Below, piece by piece: positions 20,675 through 30,098 of a DNA stretch of 64,000 nt. The position numbers and the translations under genes were made by a program. The DNA lies in sequence record OR067838.1; one strand, given 5' to 3'. The stretch comes from Escherichia phage KKP 3954. The notes beneath the pieces were generated by a model, which did no database searches, was not told the DNA's origin, and saw nothing but the letters and a program-made list of their open reading frames with translations. Position 1 is the stretch's first letter; every line of letters starts with the position of its first letter.

Positions 20675-21676
20675 TTAAGCCGTAGTCAGTTTAACTACCA
20701 GTTCTGGACGGGTGTTAACTGCGAGCAGCGAGAATTCAGACTGAAGCTGAATGGTGCGGTGCTGGCTGATCATGAAGGTATACAGTTCACGAGCCTGGGT
20801 GTTAGCCAGTTCTGGAGTATCCGCAGGAGCGTAGTGCGCCTGGAACATACCTTCGATACCCATAGGCAGAACATATGCTTCACCAGCAGGGATGTTACCG
20901 TGGATATCTTCAATGTAAGTTACACCGTTCCATTCGAACACCTGAACATCCATGTTACCGCTAAGGCGGTCACGCAGAAGGTTAGGAGTTCCCTGGAAAT
21001 ACTGATATGCCTGGCGAACAAATGGAGAGTTAACCAGAGATGCGAAAAATTCACGAGAACACAGAGCTACGATACGGGTAGCGGTAGAGCCATCTTGTTT
21101 AGTATCGATGATGTAAGCACGAGCTTCTTGTTCGATAGTGGCTGCTGGAGAAACAGTGGTAGAAGCAAAGTCTACAGCAACAGATTTCTGGGTAGCACCC
21201 CATTCGGTATACCAGTTGTATGCAGAGTTAGCTGCACCACCTACGCCGTTATAGGCACGACCCATAACTGCTTCTGCAAAGATTTTCTCTTTGGTTTTTG
21301 CTACGTCACGCAGAATCTGGGACATATAGCGGTTAACAACTTCAGCGTCTGTGCGCAGAGAGTCATTGATTCCTGCCATCGCAAAGCTACGGAAAGATTG
21401 AATATCTTGAGCTTTGATGTTTTTATCCAGAGGGAAGAACGGAATACGGAACGCTTTCAGTTCTGGATTTTTCATGGTCAGGAAGTTACGCTCACCACCA
21501 CGCTCACGAGCGGAGATCAGAGCATCTTCAGCTTTTTCTTTACCGATTTCAATAGCGGTAGTTGAATGATAGTCAACGCTGAACAGATTCAGGCTGGCAA
21601 TCAGTGTATCAGGGGAATCCTGAAGTTCGATCATAGGGCTGAAATCTACAACCTGATCTAAAATTACTGCTGGCAT
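20675..21676 (-). CDS. major capsid protein, lambda gpE-like family
   Basis: 333 aa; C-terminal block PMGIEGMFQAHYAPADTPELANTQARELYTF resembles lambda E (NTQAR). Confidence 0.65.
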   Translation of the reverse strand: MPAVILDQVVDFSPMIELQDSPDTLIASLNLFSVDYHSTTAIEIGKEKAEDALISARERGGERNFLTMKNPELKAFRIPFFPLDKNIKAQDIQSFRSFAMAGINDSLRTDAEVVNRYMSQILRDVAKTKEKIFAEAVMGRAYNGVGGAANSAYNWYTEWGATQKSVAVDFASTTVSPAATIEQEARAYIIDTKQDGSTATRIVALCSREFFASLVNSPFVRQAYQYFQGTPNLLRDRLSGNMDVQVFEWNGVTYIEDIHGNIPAGEAYVLPMGIEGMFQAHYAPADTPELANTQARELYTFMISQHRTIQLQSEFSLLAVNTRPELVVKLTTA

Positions 21677-21697
21677 TATATTAATCTCCTATTAAAA

Positions 21698-21973
21698 TTA
21701 AGAAGTGAAAACGACTTTTTCGGTCAGTTTCAGATCATGTGTTTCCAGTGCTGCTACGCCAGCGTCATCTACCAGGGAGCCATCTTTGTAGTATACTGCA
21801 AAGCGGTTCAGAGTAAGATCACGTACGCCAACAACTGCGGTGAAAGTGTCACCTACTGCTACATCATCAATACCGAACAGAGCATCAGTCCAAATCAGAA
21901 CTTTAGCAGCATCGGCAGCTTCAGCTTTAGCAGCTTCAGTGTTGTCAGCTTTCAGGATAGAACCAATTTTCAT
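21698..21973 (-). CDS. small head protein (decoration-like)
   Basis: 91 aa between scaffold and capsid. Confidence 0.3.
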   Translation of the reverse strand: MKIGSILKADNTEAAKAEAADAAKVLIWTDALFGIDDVAVGDTFTAVVGVRDLTLNRFAVYYKDGSLVDDAGVAALETHDLKLTEKVVFTS

Positions 21974-22117
21974 GGTTGCTGTTTTAACCAGGTTAACTTC
22001 ACGTATACACAGTGTCCAAGGTCAGAGCTAAACACTCCACCCAGAACCAGGTGTCCGAATTCCTGGCGAGAGTTAGATAAAGTAATTCCTTTAGCCATTT
22101 AATTTAATCTCCTAAGA

Positions 22118-23233
22118 TTATTGTTTCTGGGCTTTTTTAAGTTCAGCAGCTTTCTGACTAATCAGTTCAGAAGAAGATTTAGCTACAGGTTGAGTATTGA
22201 TCACATCAACACCACGTTCTGCTCCAAATTCTTTCTTAACTGCGTCCACTTCTGCACGTGCTTTTTCGAATGCTTTGACGATAGTTTCAGCGATATCTTT
22301 ATTATCTACCAGATATTTAACGAGAGCTTCAACTTTGTCTTCTTCTACGAAAGAATAGGATTTAACAACAGTTGTATATTCTTCTTCGATACGAGCTTGT
22401 TCAGCTTTACGAAGTTCTTCTGCTTCCTGTTCTGCCTTAGCGATTTTTTCCTGTGCTTCAAGTTCTGCGGCTGCACGTGCATCTGCGGCTGCTTTTTCTA
22501 CAGCTTCAGCGATCTGTGCTTTCATCAGTTCTTGGAATTCAGCAGATTTCAGGAATTCTTCTTTGTTGATATTTTCCAAAGGGGTTTCTCCTTTATTGAT
22601 TCCAGTTGTGTTTGCAGATTTATCACCTGCGGGGTTAGCCTCTGCATCCACAGAGTTTGTATTAGCTTTAGCGTGAGCTTTCACTAAATAATCTTTAACT
22701 TGACTTTGTTTCAAGGAACTCTTAACGAGATTACTCAAAGCATCGTCTAAAACGTCCTCAAAGAAATCAATGGAGATCATTACATCACCATCAACAACTT
22801 GATAATCAGTAACACGAACAACAGGTTTAGCAACCTCTTCAACTTCAACATTCAGTCCGTCAACTTTAAAGCCAACAGAGAACATACCGTTATCTGAACA
22901 GAAAATTGCAACGTTCGCATCGAAGTCAGCATCAATAACGTAAACCCAATCCCAACCAGCTTCAAATTTTTCACGCACTTTTTCAGAGATGCGATCCATC
23001 ACTTGTTGAATATAGCTTTTACGTAACTCTGTAACATCTTCTCCCATTTTAGTGAGAGCTTCTAACTTTTCAAAAGTTATGTCTGGAGATCCGTCTGACT
23101 TAAATAAAAGGGGGGTATTATAACCAGATGCCGCTCCACCTTGAAAATCAAAAGTGTAAGCAATATGAGCACCTAGTGACTCTTCCGTAGCTTTTCCTGA
23201 AAAGTCTACGTTAGTTAAATATGTATTTGCCAC
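22118..23233 (-). CDS. capsid scaffolding protein
   Basis: 371 aa, acidic, long Ala/Glu/Lys coiled-coil C-region. Confidence 0.5.
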   Translation of the reverse strand: MANTYLTNVDFSGKATEESLGAHIAYTFDFQGGAASGYNTPLLFKSDGSPDITFEKLEALTKMGEDVTELRKSYIQQVMDRISEKVREKFEAGWDWVYVIDADFDANVAIFCSDNGMFSVGFKVDGLNVEVEEVAKPVVRVTDYQVVDGDVMISIDFFEDVLDDALSNLVKSSLKQSQVKDYLVKAHAKANTNSVDAEANPAGDKSANTTGINKGETPLENINKEEFLKSAEFQELMKAQIAEAVEKAAADARAAAELEAQEKIAKAEQEAEELRKAEQARIEEEYTTVVKSYSFVEEDKVEALVKYLVDNKDIAETIVKAFEKARAEVDAVKKEFGAERGVDVINTQPVAKSSSELISQKAAELKKAQKQ

Positions 23234-23235
23234 GA

Positions 23236-23715
23236 TTAGTCCTTCTTGACTTTAACGCCCATTGCGCCTATACTCAAACCTTTAAGAACGCCGTCTTTAC
23301 GAGCTTGATATAATTCAGGGTCGTTGAATTGGATTTTAACGAGGGGAGTTCCTTCCACAACGAGTTCGTCACCAATGTAACAATCGACTTCATTTACCCA
23401 AGCTTTAATTGGAGAAAACTTATCGGTGTTCTTCATGTGACCAAGATTACCACTAATGTTGGTAATATTCTCATTGAAGTTGTCAACCATCTTCCTGATT
23501 TCCAAATCAGACATGCGCTCTCCGTGGAGATCGTCTTCTTCAGGTGGACAATACAAGACCTCAATAACCTGCATCTTTTCTTCATCAAATTTATTTTGTT
23601 TGACTAAAGTTTCAGGTTTTTGAGATGGTATAGAATCTTGTTGGGATTCAGAATTCTCTTTAAAACCAGCGAAGGTTTTGAAGAGTTCCCACAGTGTATC
23701 TTTATTGAGTTCCAT
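23236..23715 (-). CDS. head morphogenesis protein
   Basis: 159-aa ORF between portal and scaffold. Confidence 0.3.
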   Translation of the reverse strand: MELNKDTLWELFKTFAGFKENSESQQDSIPSQKPETLVKQNKFDEEKMQVIEVLYCPPEEDDLHGERMSDLEIRKMVDNFNENITNISGNLGHMKNTDKFSPIKAWVNEVDCYIGDELVVEGTPLVKIQFNDPELYQARKDGVLKGLSIGAMGVKVKKD

Positions 23716-23808
23716 TTGAAACCTCTTAAAAACAGATATCCCATAAATCTTAGTCTACAGGATATTTGTTGTTTTGTCAATAGAAAAATTAAAAAATATT
23801 AAATATTT

Positions 23809-25374
23809 TTAATTCGACAGGTTTTGTGCTGAAGGATCTAAAGCAGAAACAGTATCAGATGTTCCAGTCCCTGCTGTAGCTAAACCATCTCCTGATCGTG
23901 AAGTTTTGTCAGGCATATAGTTATCCATGAATTCAAAGAATTTCTCTTTATTGGCAACAATATCGTCAGGGATGCGATATTCAAAACCAATTTTTTCAAG
24001 GAACTCGTTAATAACTTCTGGGGTTAAAGGTATTGCACCAGAGGCTACCAACTGTTGAATAGCTTTAGCATTTACTTCAATATCAGGATCACCCATTTCA
24101 CCACTGACAAACTTAGGCATATCTTCATCAGAAAGGAAGATATTGTTTAGTCGTAGTGTTTGAGGGATTAGTTGAGAGTTTATAGCTTCTACAACAATAT
24201 CTACATCTCGCTCAATAAAATGAGACAATAGTGTTTGTTTGTTGTCAGAAAGCGCAAAACTTCCTGCATCACCATCACCCATAATCAACACACCCGCACC
24301 AAAGCGGTTATAAATATCTAGTTTGCGTTGTTTGATTAGTGCTTGAGTGTCAAACTGTTTACCCGTGCCATCAACACCTTGGAATACAAGATCGTATTGA
24401 CGCATCACTGTACCTTCATAAACGTCTGAAGGCAATACCATGTAGGCTTGCTCACCAGAGTGCAGGTTAGCGATGTTGGCTTGGAGAACTCGAAGAGATT
24501 GTGCTTCATCCCCAGCAGGATCTAAAGATGCCCTGTTTAGAATGTCACTTGGAACCTTAAGAACTGGCATACCGCCTAAATCTTTAGATACCCCAATAAC
24601 CTCAAATTCCTGAATAAGAGATTTTTCACGCCAGCTACGATATACAGCTAAAAGCGGACTAACTCCTAGTGGGTTATTCTCTGTAATGTTGCTACCAACA
24701 AATAAAACTTTACTGAAAGGAATTTCTTTAATACCCGTTTCTAAAGTTGTATTACCTGGGGCTAACATTGTATTGGTGATATTCTGGTTAACAGACAAGA
24801 TAGAACGTCCGTCTGCCGAATATGTAAAAGGTTGAGCCATGTGAAGAGTATCTTGTGGTCTAAAAGCCAGCTTAGTTAATCGCCAATACCCAAAGTAAGG
24901 ACTCTTAGGATCTTCATCCAACTCATAAACTTTTTCTGCGAATGCAAACCCGTATTGCTTATATGTCAAAAGTGATCTAACATATTGACGTAGAGGGGCT
25001 TGCATATTACGTAACATATAATCAATAAACTTAGCAGCTTTTCTTGACTTTGCCGAGCTTACATTGTATTTTATCTTAAAATCAAAGAATGCTCTATCTA
25101 CAAAGATATACGTAGCATCAAGAGCAGTAGCTACATCAGGGTCTTCACCCATCTCTTTAAAAGTTCGAATACATTCTGGGAAACGAGTCTCATAAGGCTG
25201 CATGAAATTCGTAAATGCTTTGATTGAGTTTAATCCGATCGTTCCTATTTCAGGTGACAGGAGTAACGTTTTCTCTTTCTCTGCTTCTTTTGTTGGAGAG
25301 AGAGCAGCTTTATTTGCAGCACCTTTGTCCCAGTATTCTGACTTTTTAGTATACGTTCTTTTTCCTGTTGACAC
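23809..25374 (-). CDS. portal protein
   Basis: 521 aa immediately downstream of terminase large subunit. Confidence 0.65.
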   Translation of the reverse strand: MSTGKRTYTKKSEYWDKGAANKAALSPTKEAEKEKTLLLSPEIGTIGLNSIKAFTNFMQPYETRFPECIRTFKEMGEDPDVATALDATYIFVDRAFFDFKIKYNVSSAKSRKAAKFIDYMLRNMQAPLRQYVRSLLTYKQYGFAFAEKVYELDEDPKSPYFGYWRLTKLAFRPQDTLHMAQPFTYSADGRSILSVNQNITNTMLAPGNTTLETGIKEIPFSKVLFVGSNITENNPLGVSPLLAVYRSWREKSLIQEFEVIGVSKDLGGMPVLKVPSDILNRASLDPAGDEAQSLRVLQANIANLHSGEQAYMVLPSDVYEGTVMRQYDLVFQGVDGTGKQFDTQALIKQRKLDIYNRFGAGVLIMGDGDAGSFALSDNKQTLLSHFIERDVDIVVEAINSQLIPQTLRLNNIFLSDEDMPKFVSGEMGDPDIEVNAKAIQQLVASGAIPLTPEVINEFLEKIGFEYRIPDDIVANKEKFFEFMDNYMPDKTSRSGDGLATAGTGTSDTVSALDPSAQNLSN

Positions 25375-25475
25375 TTGTTCCTCCAGTCAGGTATAAAATC
25401 GTTAAGGCAAGGCTGTATTATATACAACCTCACCTATCTAGTTATAATACACTTTAAAGTGACTTTTGTCAACAA

Positions 25476-27551
25476 TTATCTTTTACGGACACTATACGGT
25501 TGGTGAAATCCGCTGTTCATTCTACTGTATCCTGTAGGAGCATTTGTTGTTGTAGGAATAGCTACTGCCTTGAAAGTATTCTCTTTTGACAGAGTATTGA
25601 AACAAGAAGCAGCAGCATCGGGAATGTCATCTTTAATAGTGGCTGTAGATCTTTCACCATTGAAAGATTCCAATTCTTTATAAAAGTGGGTTAGAGTTTC
25701 CACATTAGGGAAAGAATCTTCAACAATATAAACAAAACCATTTTGACACGCACTACTAAAAGGCATAAAACGCTGAAGCTTTTTCTTGTTGCCTGGCATA
25801 GCATCTGGTTTAACAACAAAACCTTCTAGAATAAGTTTCTTTGCAGACTCTGTATATTCTATTGTTCCAGCACCAGATGGGTCTTTAGGAAGCACTACTG
25901 TAACTTCTGGTCCATCAATCTTACATTGATTAAGAATCAGATTATCCCTTTCCCCAGGTAGTCTTCTAAACCTTCCGAAAATTTTACTTTTCTCATCCAC
26001 AGCGTCATAGTCATAGTCACCAAAGATGTAGATATTACCATCCTGATCTTTACCCATTTTGACAGACGTTGTATAGTCTGGATAACGATAAGTTTCTGTA
26101 GGAACTGAAACAGCTTTATCCCAGGCTCGCATTAGTTTAAGATTGTTAGGAACATCTTTATAAGATATTTTATGTAACCATTCACGTTGAAAGAAAGATT
26201 CTTTCTGAATACGTGCAAACCAACAACCATCCAGAAGCTGTGCTCTTTTAATTGCTGTTTGTGATTTAAGCTGTGCTAAGTAATTAGGGTTAAGCCTAAT
26301 CAGTTCTGGGTTATCAAATATTGTCCCACCAATAAATACGAAAGTTTGTGGTTCAATAACAACTGTCTCCCCTGTATTAGGGTTTTCCATGAAACAGTTT
26401 TCTGGATATTTTTCTTTCAGTTCTTCAGGTGTGTCAGCAAAAACAGGTTCATCGTTAACAATGATGAAATATTTTTGTTTACCACACATATCTTCTCTAG
26501 GATAACCACCCTCATCAAGATAAGGTAACACCCAATTCAAAACCCAACTATCTGCATCGGGGTTACATGTGCACAACATGAAGCTTGTTTCTGATTCTGA
26601 ACGCATACGTCCCAGAAGATAGAGCATTTCATATTGCGTGAAGTGGGTTAACTCGTCAAAACCTACCATTGAATACTGTATACCCTGATGGTTTGTTTCT
26701 GCTGTTACGTTATCATTTTCCAAATGGTCGAATTTGAGGGTTCCACCACCAGTGGCTTCAAAAATGATATCCATTGTACTTTCTTTTACGTGCGGTTGTA
26801 AAGGAAGATACAAACGTTTTGCTTCTGTAAACAGACCACCTGGTTTACGGTGAGCAGTGGTGTTCTTACGAAAAAGTATTCCACCAAACAAAGGATCTTT
26901 GTAGGCGTATTTTAAAGCTTTCAGCAATAGCAGACGAGACTTGCCGCTATTCCCAGTAACGAAGCAGTGATCGCCACGTCTAAAGACAATATAGCTGCTT
27001 GGAGTCTCAAAACAATATTTCTTATCATCTGTTGAAATAACCTCGTGTATTTTTAAGTAAGTGCTCTTTTTACCAGGTATGTTAAAAGGAACACGTTTAC
27101 CGAATGGATTTTCTACATAACCTTGAAGGGGTTTTCCTATTTGCTGTAATGCAATAAGATCTCCTACAAGAATCTCGAAATGTTTCTTTGATTTCTTTTT
27201 CTTATAGAATACAAAACGGTGTTCCATACTAAGTTCTTGGAACAATCCTACACCATTTGTTATTCTGTATAGGTTATCTCCATTTAAATCGTATTCTACA
27301 AAATAAGGTGTTACCAATTCTAAACGCTTATTCTTAGGATTGTATTGGTAAATATCCTCTCCTGAATATTCACTAATCTGTCTCCAACCATCTTTTGTAA
27401 GATATTCCGTTTCAGCAGAAACACATCCAGCGGCACCACCATAAATCATAACTTCTGGCATTAAATCCATTGCAAGAGTCTGTTTACCTGGTTGAGCCTT
27501 TACTTCAATATCTACTCCAGCTAAACTACCTGCTGCCTTTTTCTTTGCCAC
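25476..27551 (-). CDS. terL: terminase large subunit with in-frame intein
   Basis: 691 aa; Walker A is split (YGGAAG / SGKSRLL) by a 159-aa Hint-like insert; C-terminal nuclease region. Confidence 0.75.
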   Translation of the reverse strand: MAKKKAAGSLAGVDIEVKAQPGKQTLAMDLMPEVMIYGGAAGCVSAETEYLTKDGWRQISEYSGEDIYQYNPKNKRLELVTPYFVEYDLNGDNLYRITNGVGLFQELSMEHRFVFYKKKKSKKHFEILVGDLIALQQIGKPLQGYVENPFGKRVPFNIPGKKSTYLKIHEVISTDDKKYCFETPSSYIVFRRGDHCFVTGNSGKSRLLLLKALKYAYKDPLFGGILFRKNTTAHRKPGGLFTEAKRLYLPLQPHVKESTMDIIFEATGGGTLKFDHLENDNVTAETNHQGIQYSMVGFDELTHFTQYEMLYLLGRMRSESETSFMLCTCNPDADSWVLNWVLPYLDEGGYPREDMCGKQKYFIIVNDEPVFADTPEELKEKYPENCFMENPNTGETVVIEPQTFVFIGGTIFDNPELIRLNPNYLAQLKSQTAIKRAQLLDGCWFARIQKESFFQREWLHKISYKDVPNNLKLMRAWDKAVSVPTETYRYPDYTTSVKMGKDQDGNIYIFGDYDYDAVDEKSKIFGRFRRLPGERDNLILNQCKIDGPEVTVVLPKDPSGAGTIEYTESAKKLILEGFVVKPDAMPGNKKKLQRFMPFSSACQNGFVYIVEDSFPNVETLTHFYKELESFNGERSTATIKDDIPDAAASCFNTLSKENTFKAVAIPTTTNAPTGYSRMNSGFHQPYSVRKR
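26949..27425 (-). mobile_element. mini-intein in the terminase P-loop
   Basis: Insert begins CVSAETEYLTKDGWRQI, ends FVTGN followed by Ser+1; splicing restores GAAGSGKS. No endonuclease domain. Confidence 0.6.
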
Positions 27552-27560
27552 ATTTCCTCC

Positions 27561-27905
27561 TTATTCAGCAATAATACCTTTTTCTTGCAGTGTTTTAATA
27601 TATGTTTGTAAACCTAAAACCTTTCGTCTATCTTGCTCCCAAAGAGCGTTGTTTTGAGTTTGGTTGTTAACAACTTCAGATCTACTGACCCCTTTTGCAA
27701 TTTGATTTTTAGTGTATGGCACAGGTGTCGATACTTTATCCATCAAGTCTGAATCTGGACCTTTAACCTTTTCTATGGCTACAGCCTTACACTCATCAAT
27801 AAGAACTGGGGAAACTTTTGTTGATGATGAACAACCCGTCATCATTAGGGGCAAAGCAAGACATACTGCCAGAATTAGTTTTTGCATAATTCGTTGTATC
27901 CTCAT
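27561..27905 (-). CDS. o-spanin (Rz1-like outer-membrane lipoprotein)
   Basis: Signal peptide with lipobox LMMTGC; overlaps i-spanin gene. Confidence 0.55.
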   Translation of the reverse strand: MRIQRIMQKLILAVCLALPLMMTGCSSSTKVSPVLIDECKAVAIEKVKGPDSDLMDKVSTPVPYTKNQIAKGVSRSEVVNNQTQNNALWEQDRRKVLGLQTYIKTLQEKGIIAE

Positions 27906-28206
27906 TGATCGTTTGTTTCTTCTTCTCTAAATCTGCTTTTAATTGTGCATTGTTTTTAGACAAGTTGTTTATTTGAGTATTTAATAATGCTCTTTCTTCA
28001 TCGGCTCTTTTTTGAAGAACATCAAAATCCTGTTTTGCTTTTGCTTGGGCTGCTTGATATAATTGCGTTTGATAGGCAACACCATCTTTGTAGCCAGACT
28101 CACGTATCTTGTTATAAGCAAACATTCCGGTAAGAATAAGAACAACAATTAAAACAAAACCTAATACAGTTTTAGTCTTTAGATTCATTATCTTCTGCTT
28201 CCTCAT
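27796..28206 (-). CDS. i-spanin (Rz-like)
   Basis: N-terminal TM helix then coiled coil; overlaps o-spanin in another frame. Confidence 0.5.
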   Translation of the reverse strand: MRKQKIMNLKTKTVLGFVLIVVLILTGMFAYNKIRESGYKDGVAYQTQLYQAAQAKAKQDFDVLQKRADEERALLNTQINNLSKNNAQLKADLEKKKQTINEDTTNYAKTNSGSMSCFAPNDDGLFIINKSFPSSY

Positions 28207-28387
28207 AAAATTTTATTTTAGGAAGAGAAGGGGCATTATTAACTATCTTCTTCACTTCCATTGGTTGAGCCTCCACTAGGATCTCTTCCCACGTCTTCTC
28301 TGTCATCATAAAGTTCTTCCTCCAAGTTCCAAGCCCGTGTGTAATCATTCTTTTTATCTTTATGATAAGAAGAACGGTTAAAATCAT
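28172..28387 (-). CDS. hypothetical protein
   Basis: 71-aa ORF upstream of spanins. Confidence 0.2.
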   Translation of the reverse strand: MILTVLLIIKIKRMITHGLGTWRKNFMMTEKTWEEILVEAQPMEVKKIVNNAPSLPKIKFYEEAEDNESKD

Positions 28388-28464
28388 TTTTAACTACAAA
28401 ATTGCGCATATTTTATCCTCCTCATATCTGATCTTATCACAAAAGGATATACAATTGCAAGCAT

Positions 28465-28500
28465 TAAAAATAAAAAAGCCCCTAACCTTTCGGAGAGGGG
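28465..28500 (-). terminator. rho-independent terminator
   Basis: GC hairpin followed by a U-tract on the minus strand. Confidence 0.4.
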
Positions 28501-28549
28501 TGTTAAAAATAACAAGGAGGAGGGCCAAAGCCCCAAGAGAGGAGAGGGA

Positions 28550-28846
28550 TTAGATTACGATCTTTTTAGGAACGTCATCTGTATTCTGCACGGCAGGGGT
28601 TTCTTCTTCCATAGCTTCATAATGTTCTTCTAACCATTCTTCTACTTGCTCTTTAATAGCTTTAGCTGCTTGGAAGCGGAGAGGTTTTGCTGCATCCTTA
28701 TCATTAACAAGTTCAACAATATACCGCATAGCTTCTAAATAATGCTCTGCAAATAATTCTTTTACACTTGCTTGCGCCGCATCCATTGCGTAAATCTGTT
28801 GCATTTCGGCTGTTGGTCTTCCACGACCACGTTTTAGTTTAGGCAT
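28550..28846 (-). CDS. small DNA-binding protein, possible terminase small subunit
   Basis: 98 aa with N-terminal KRGRGRP basic motif, acidic C-terminus. Confidence 0.25.
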   Translation of the reverse strand: MPKLKRGRGRPTAEMQQIYAMDAAQASVKELFAEHYLEAMRYIVELVNDKDAAKPLRFQAAKAIKEQVEEWLEEHYEAMEEETPAVQNTDDVPKKIVI

Positions 28847-28914
28847 AATAAAATCCTCCTAAACTTTATCTTAACATATAAAAAATAATAAGTCAAGTTT
28901 TATTCAATAGATAG

Positions 28915-28937
28915 CAAAAAGCCTCCAATAAGGAGGC
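28915..28937 (-). terminator. rho-independent terminator downstream of tRNA cluster
   Basis: GCCTCC-AATAA-GGAGGC hairpin with U-tract on minus strand. Confidence 0.45.
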
Positions 28938-29053
28938 CAATAAATACTGTTAATTTGAAATGCTTTATTATGATTGTGCGTTAAGGAGTCGCACCCCTCC
29001 ATCTTAGAAGGAACCAGGCAAGGTCTTCAAAGATACCGCTGGCAAGCGATATT

Positions 29054-29132
29054 TGGAGGCGGGAATTGGATTTGAACCAATGATCTCCAGCATATGAAAC
29101 TGGCGAGGACGACCAGACTCCTCTATCCCGCT
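29054..29132 (-). tRNA. tRNA-Met (CAU), CCA encoded
   Basis: Manual fold: acceptor AGCGGGA/UCCCGCC, D-stem GAGG/CCUC, anticodon loop UUCAUAU, T-arm AUUGG-UUCAAAU-CCAAU. Confidence 0.6.
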
Positions 29133-29139
29133 ATCATGT

Positions 29140-29208
29140 ATCCCGTGCTGGATTCGAACCAGCGTCACAATAAATTGTGGATCTCTTATCCTGTAAGTCT
29201 AACGGGAA
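29140..29208 (-). ncRNA. tRNA-like RNA with aberrant anticodon arm
   Basis: Canonical T-arm GCUGG-UUCGAAU-CCAGC and 6-bp acceptor, but the middle folds only as CACAA-UUUA-UUGUG; 69 nt. Confidence 0.35.
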
Positions 29209-29210
29209 AC

Positions 29211-29284
29211 TGGTTGTTTCGACAAGAATCGAACTTGTGTCTCACGATTATCAGTCGTGGGTTCTACCATTGAACTACGAAACA
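29211..29284 (-). tRNA. tRNA-Ile (GAU)
   Basis: Perfect 7-bp acceptor, D-arm GUUC/GAAC, anticodon loop CUGAUAA, T-loop UUCGAUU, CCA encoded. Confidence 0.7.
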
Positions 29285-29290
29285 TTTAAT

Positions 29291-29367
29291 TGGTCGGAAT
29301 TGCAGGATTCGAACCTGCGACCCTACGCTCCCAAAGCGTATGCTCTACCAAACTGAGCTAAATTCCG
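29291..29367 (-). tRNA. tRNA-Pro (UGG)
   Basis: 7-bp acceptor, D-arm GCUC/GAGC, anticodon stem UACGC/GCGUA, loop UUUGGGA. Confidence 0.7.
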
Positions 29368-29372
29368 TTATA

Positions 29373-29448
29373 TGGCTGGTCTGTCTGGATTTGAACCAAA
29401 CCTACGACAGTCAAAGTGTCGTGTGCTACCGGACTACACTACAAACCA
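29373..29448 (-). tRNA. tRNA-Gln (UUG)
   Basis: Acceptor with one G-U, anticodon stem CGACA/UGUCG, loop CUUUGAC. Confidence 0.65.
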
Positions 29449-29546
29449 ATAAATCATTTAATGAAGGGCAACCAGAAGAAGTGTGAGAGAAGGAGAAAAC
29501 CATGAGTAAAAGAGAAAGTTTTCTGGCAACCCTTTATTAAATAATT

Positions 29547-29620
29547 TGGAGCGTTCTACGAGGATCGAACTCGTGCCGCCGACTTGGAAGGACGGAATGC
29601 TACCGCTACACCAAGAACGC
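29547..29620 (-). tRNA. tRNA-Gly (UCC)
   Basis: 7-bp acceptor, T-arm ACGAG-UUCGAUC-CUCGU, anticodon loop CUUCCAA. Confidence 0.65.
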
Positions 29621-29933
29621 CCTATATATTTACTATACTACATTTTACTATTTGTTGTCAAGACTTTTATTGATTGGGACAGTGACGAGTATCCCGTTGG
29701 GTGACTAGCCCTACGTTCGGTAAGCTAACTTAAAATAATACAAAACCAAAGTCAAATATTATTCTTCGTTGCTGTCGATGGGAGAGCCGCTTCTCATTTT
29801 GCCCCATCCAACCCTACTCCGGTCAAGTTTCGGGTGACTCTTTTTGTGATCAACACAATACTAAGAACACTGTCTTTCGAGCAGACCTTGTGCACAGGAA
29901 CGACGATCAATCACAATGCTCTTAATGTTGTGT

Positions 29934-30008
29934 TGGTGCTCCCACACTGAATCGAACAGAGATCCACGGATTACAAAACCGTTGTAATAGCCATTATACT
30001 ATAGGAGC
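29934..30008 (-). tRNA. tRNA-Thr (UGU)
   Basis: Acceptor GCUCCUA/UGGGAGC, anticodon loop UUUGUAA; D-stem weak. Confidence 0.5.
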
Positions 30009-30015
30009 AATGCTG

Positions 30016-30091
30016 GGACTCGGCAGGATTCGATACCTGCAATTCCAGAAGCCTATTGGCGACTGGGGGTTTACCTTAACTCTACAAGTCC
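30016..30091 (-). ncRNA. tRNA-like RNA with 8-nt T-loop and no canonical anticodon arm
   Basis: Perfect 7-bp acceptor and T-stem GCAGG/CCUGC with loop UAUCGAAU; interior gives only short tetraloop hairpins. Confidence 0.3.
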
Positions 30092-30098
30092 ATAATTC

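Noticed and set aside
20759-22687. Plus-strand ORFs 20759-21565 (268 aa), 21737-22102 and 22121-22687.
   Set aside because: Antisense to the capsid and scaffold genes; Cys/Phe-rich low-complexity translations typical of reverse-strand artefacts.
29500-29538. 12-codon plus-strand ORF (MSKRESFLATLY) with a strong AAGGAG RBS inside the tRNA cluster.
   Set aside because: Too short and opposite to the cluster's transcription; probably chance.
29621-29933. 310-bp gap inside the tRNA cluster, possible extra tRNA or intron.
   Set aside because: No T-loop motif or acceptor pairing found by eye; left as unassigned spacer.
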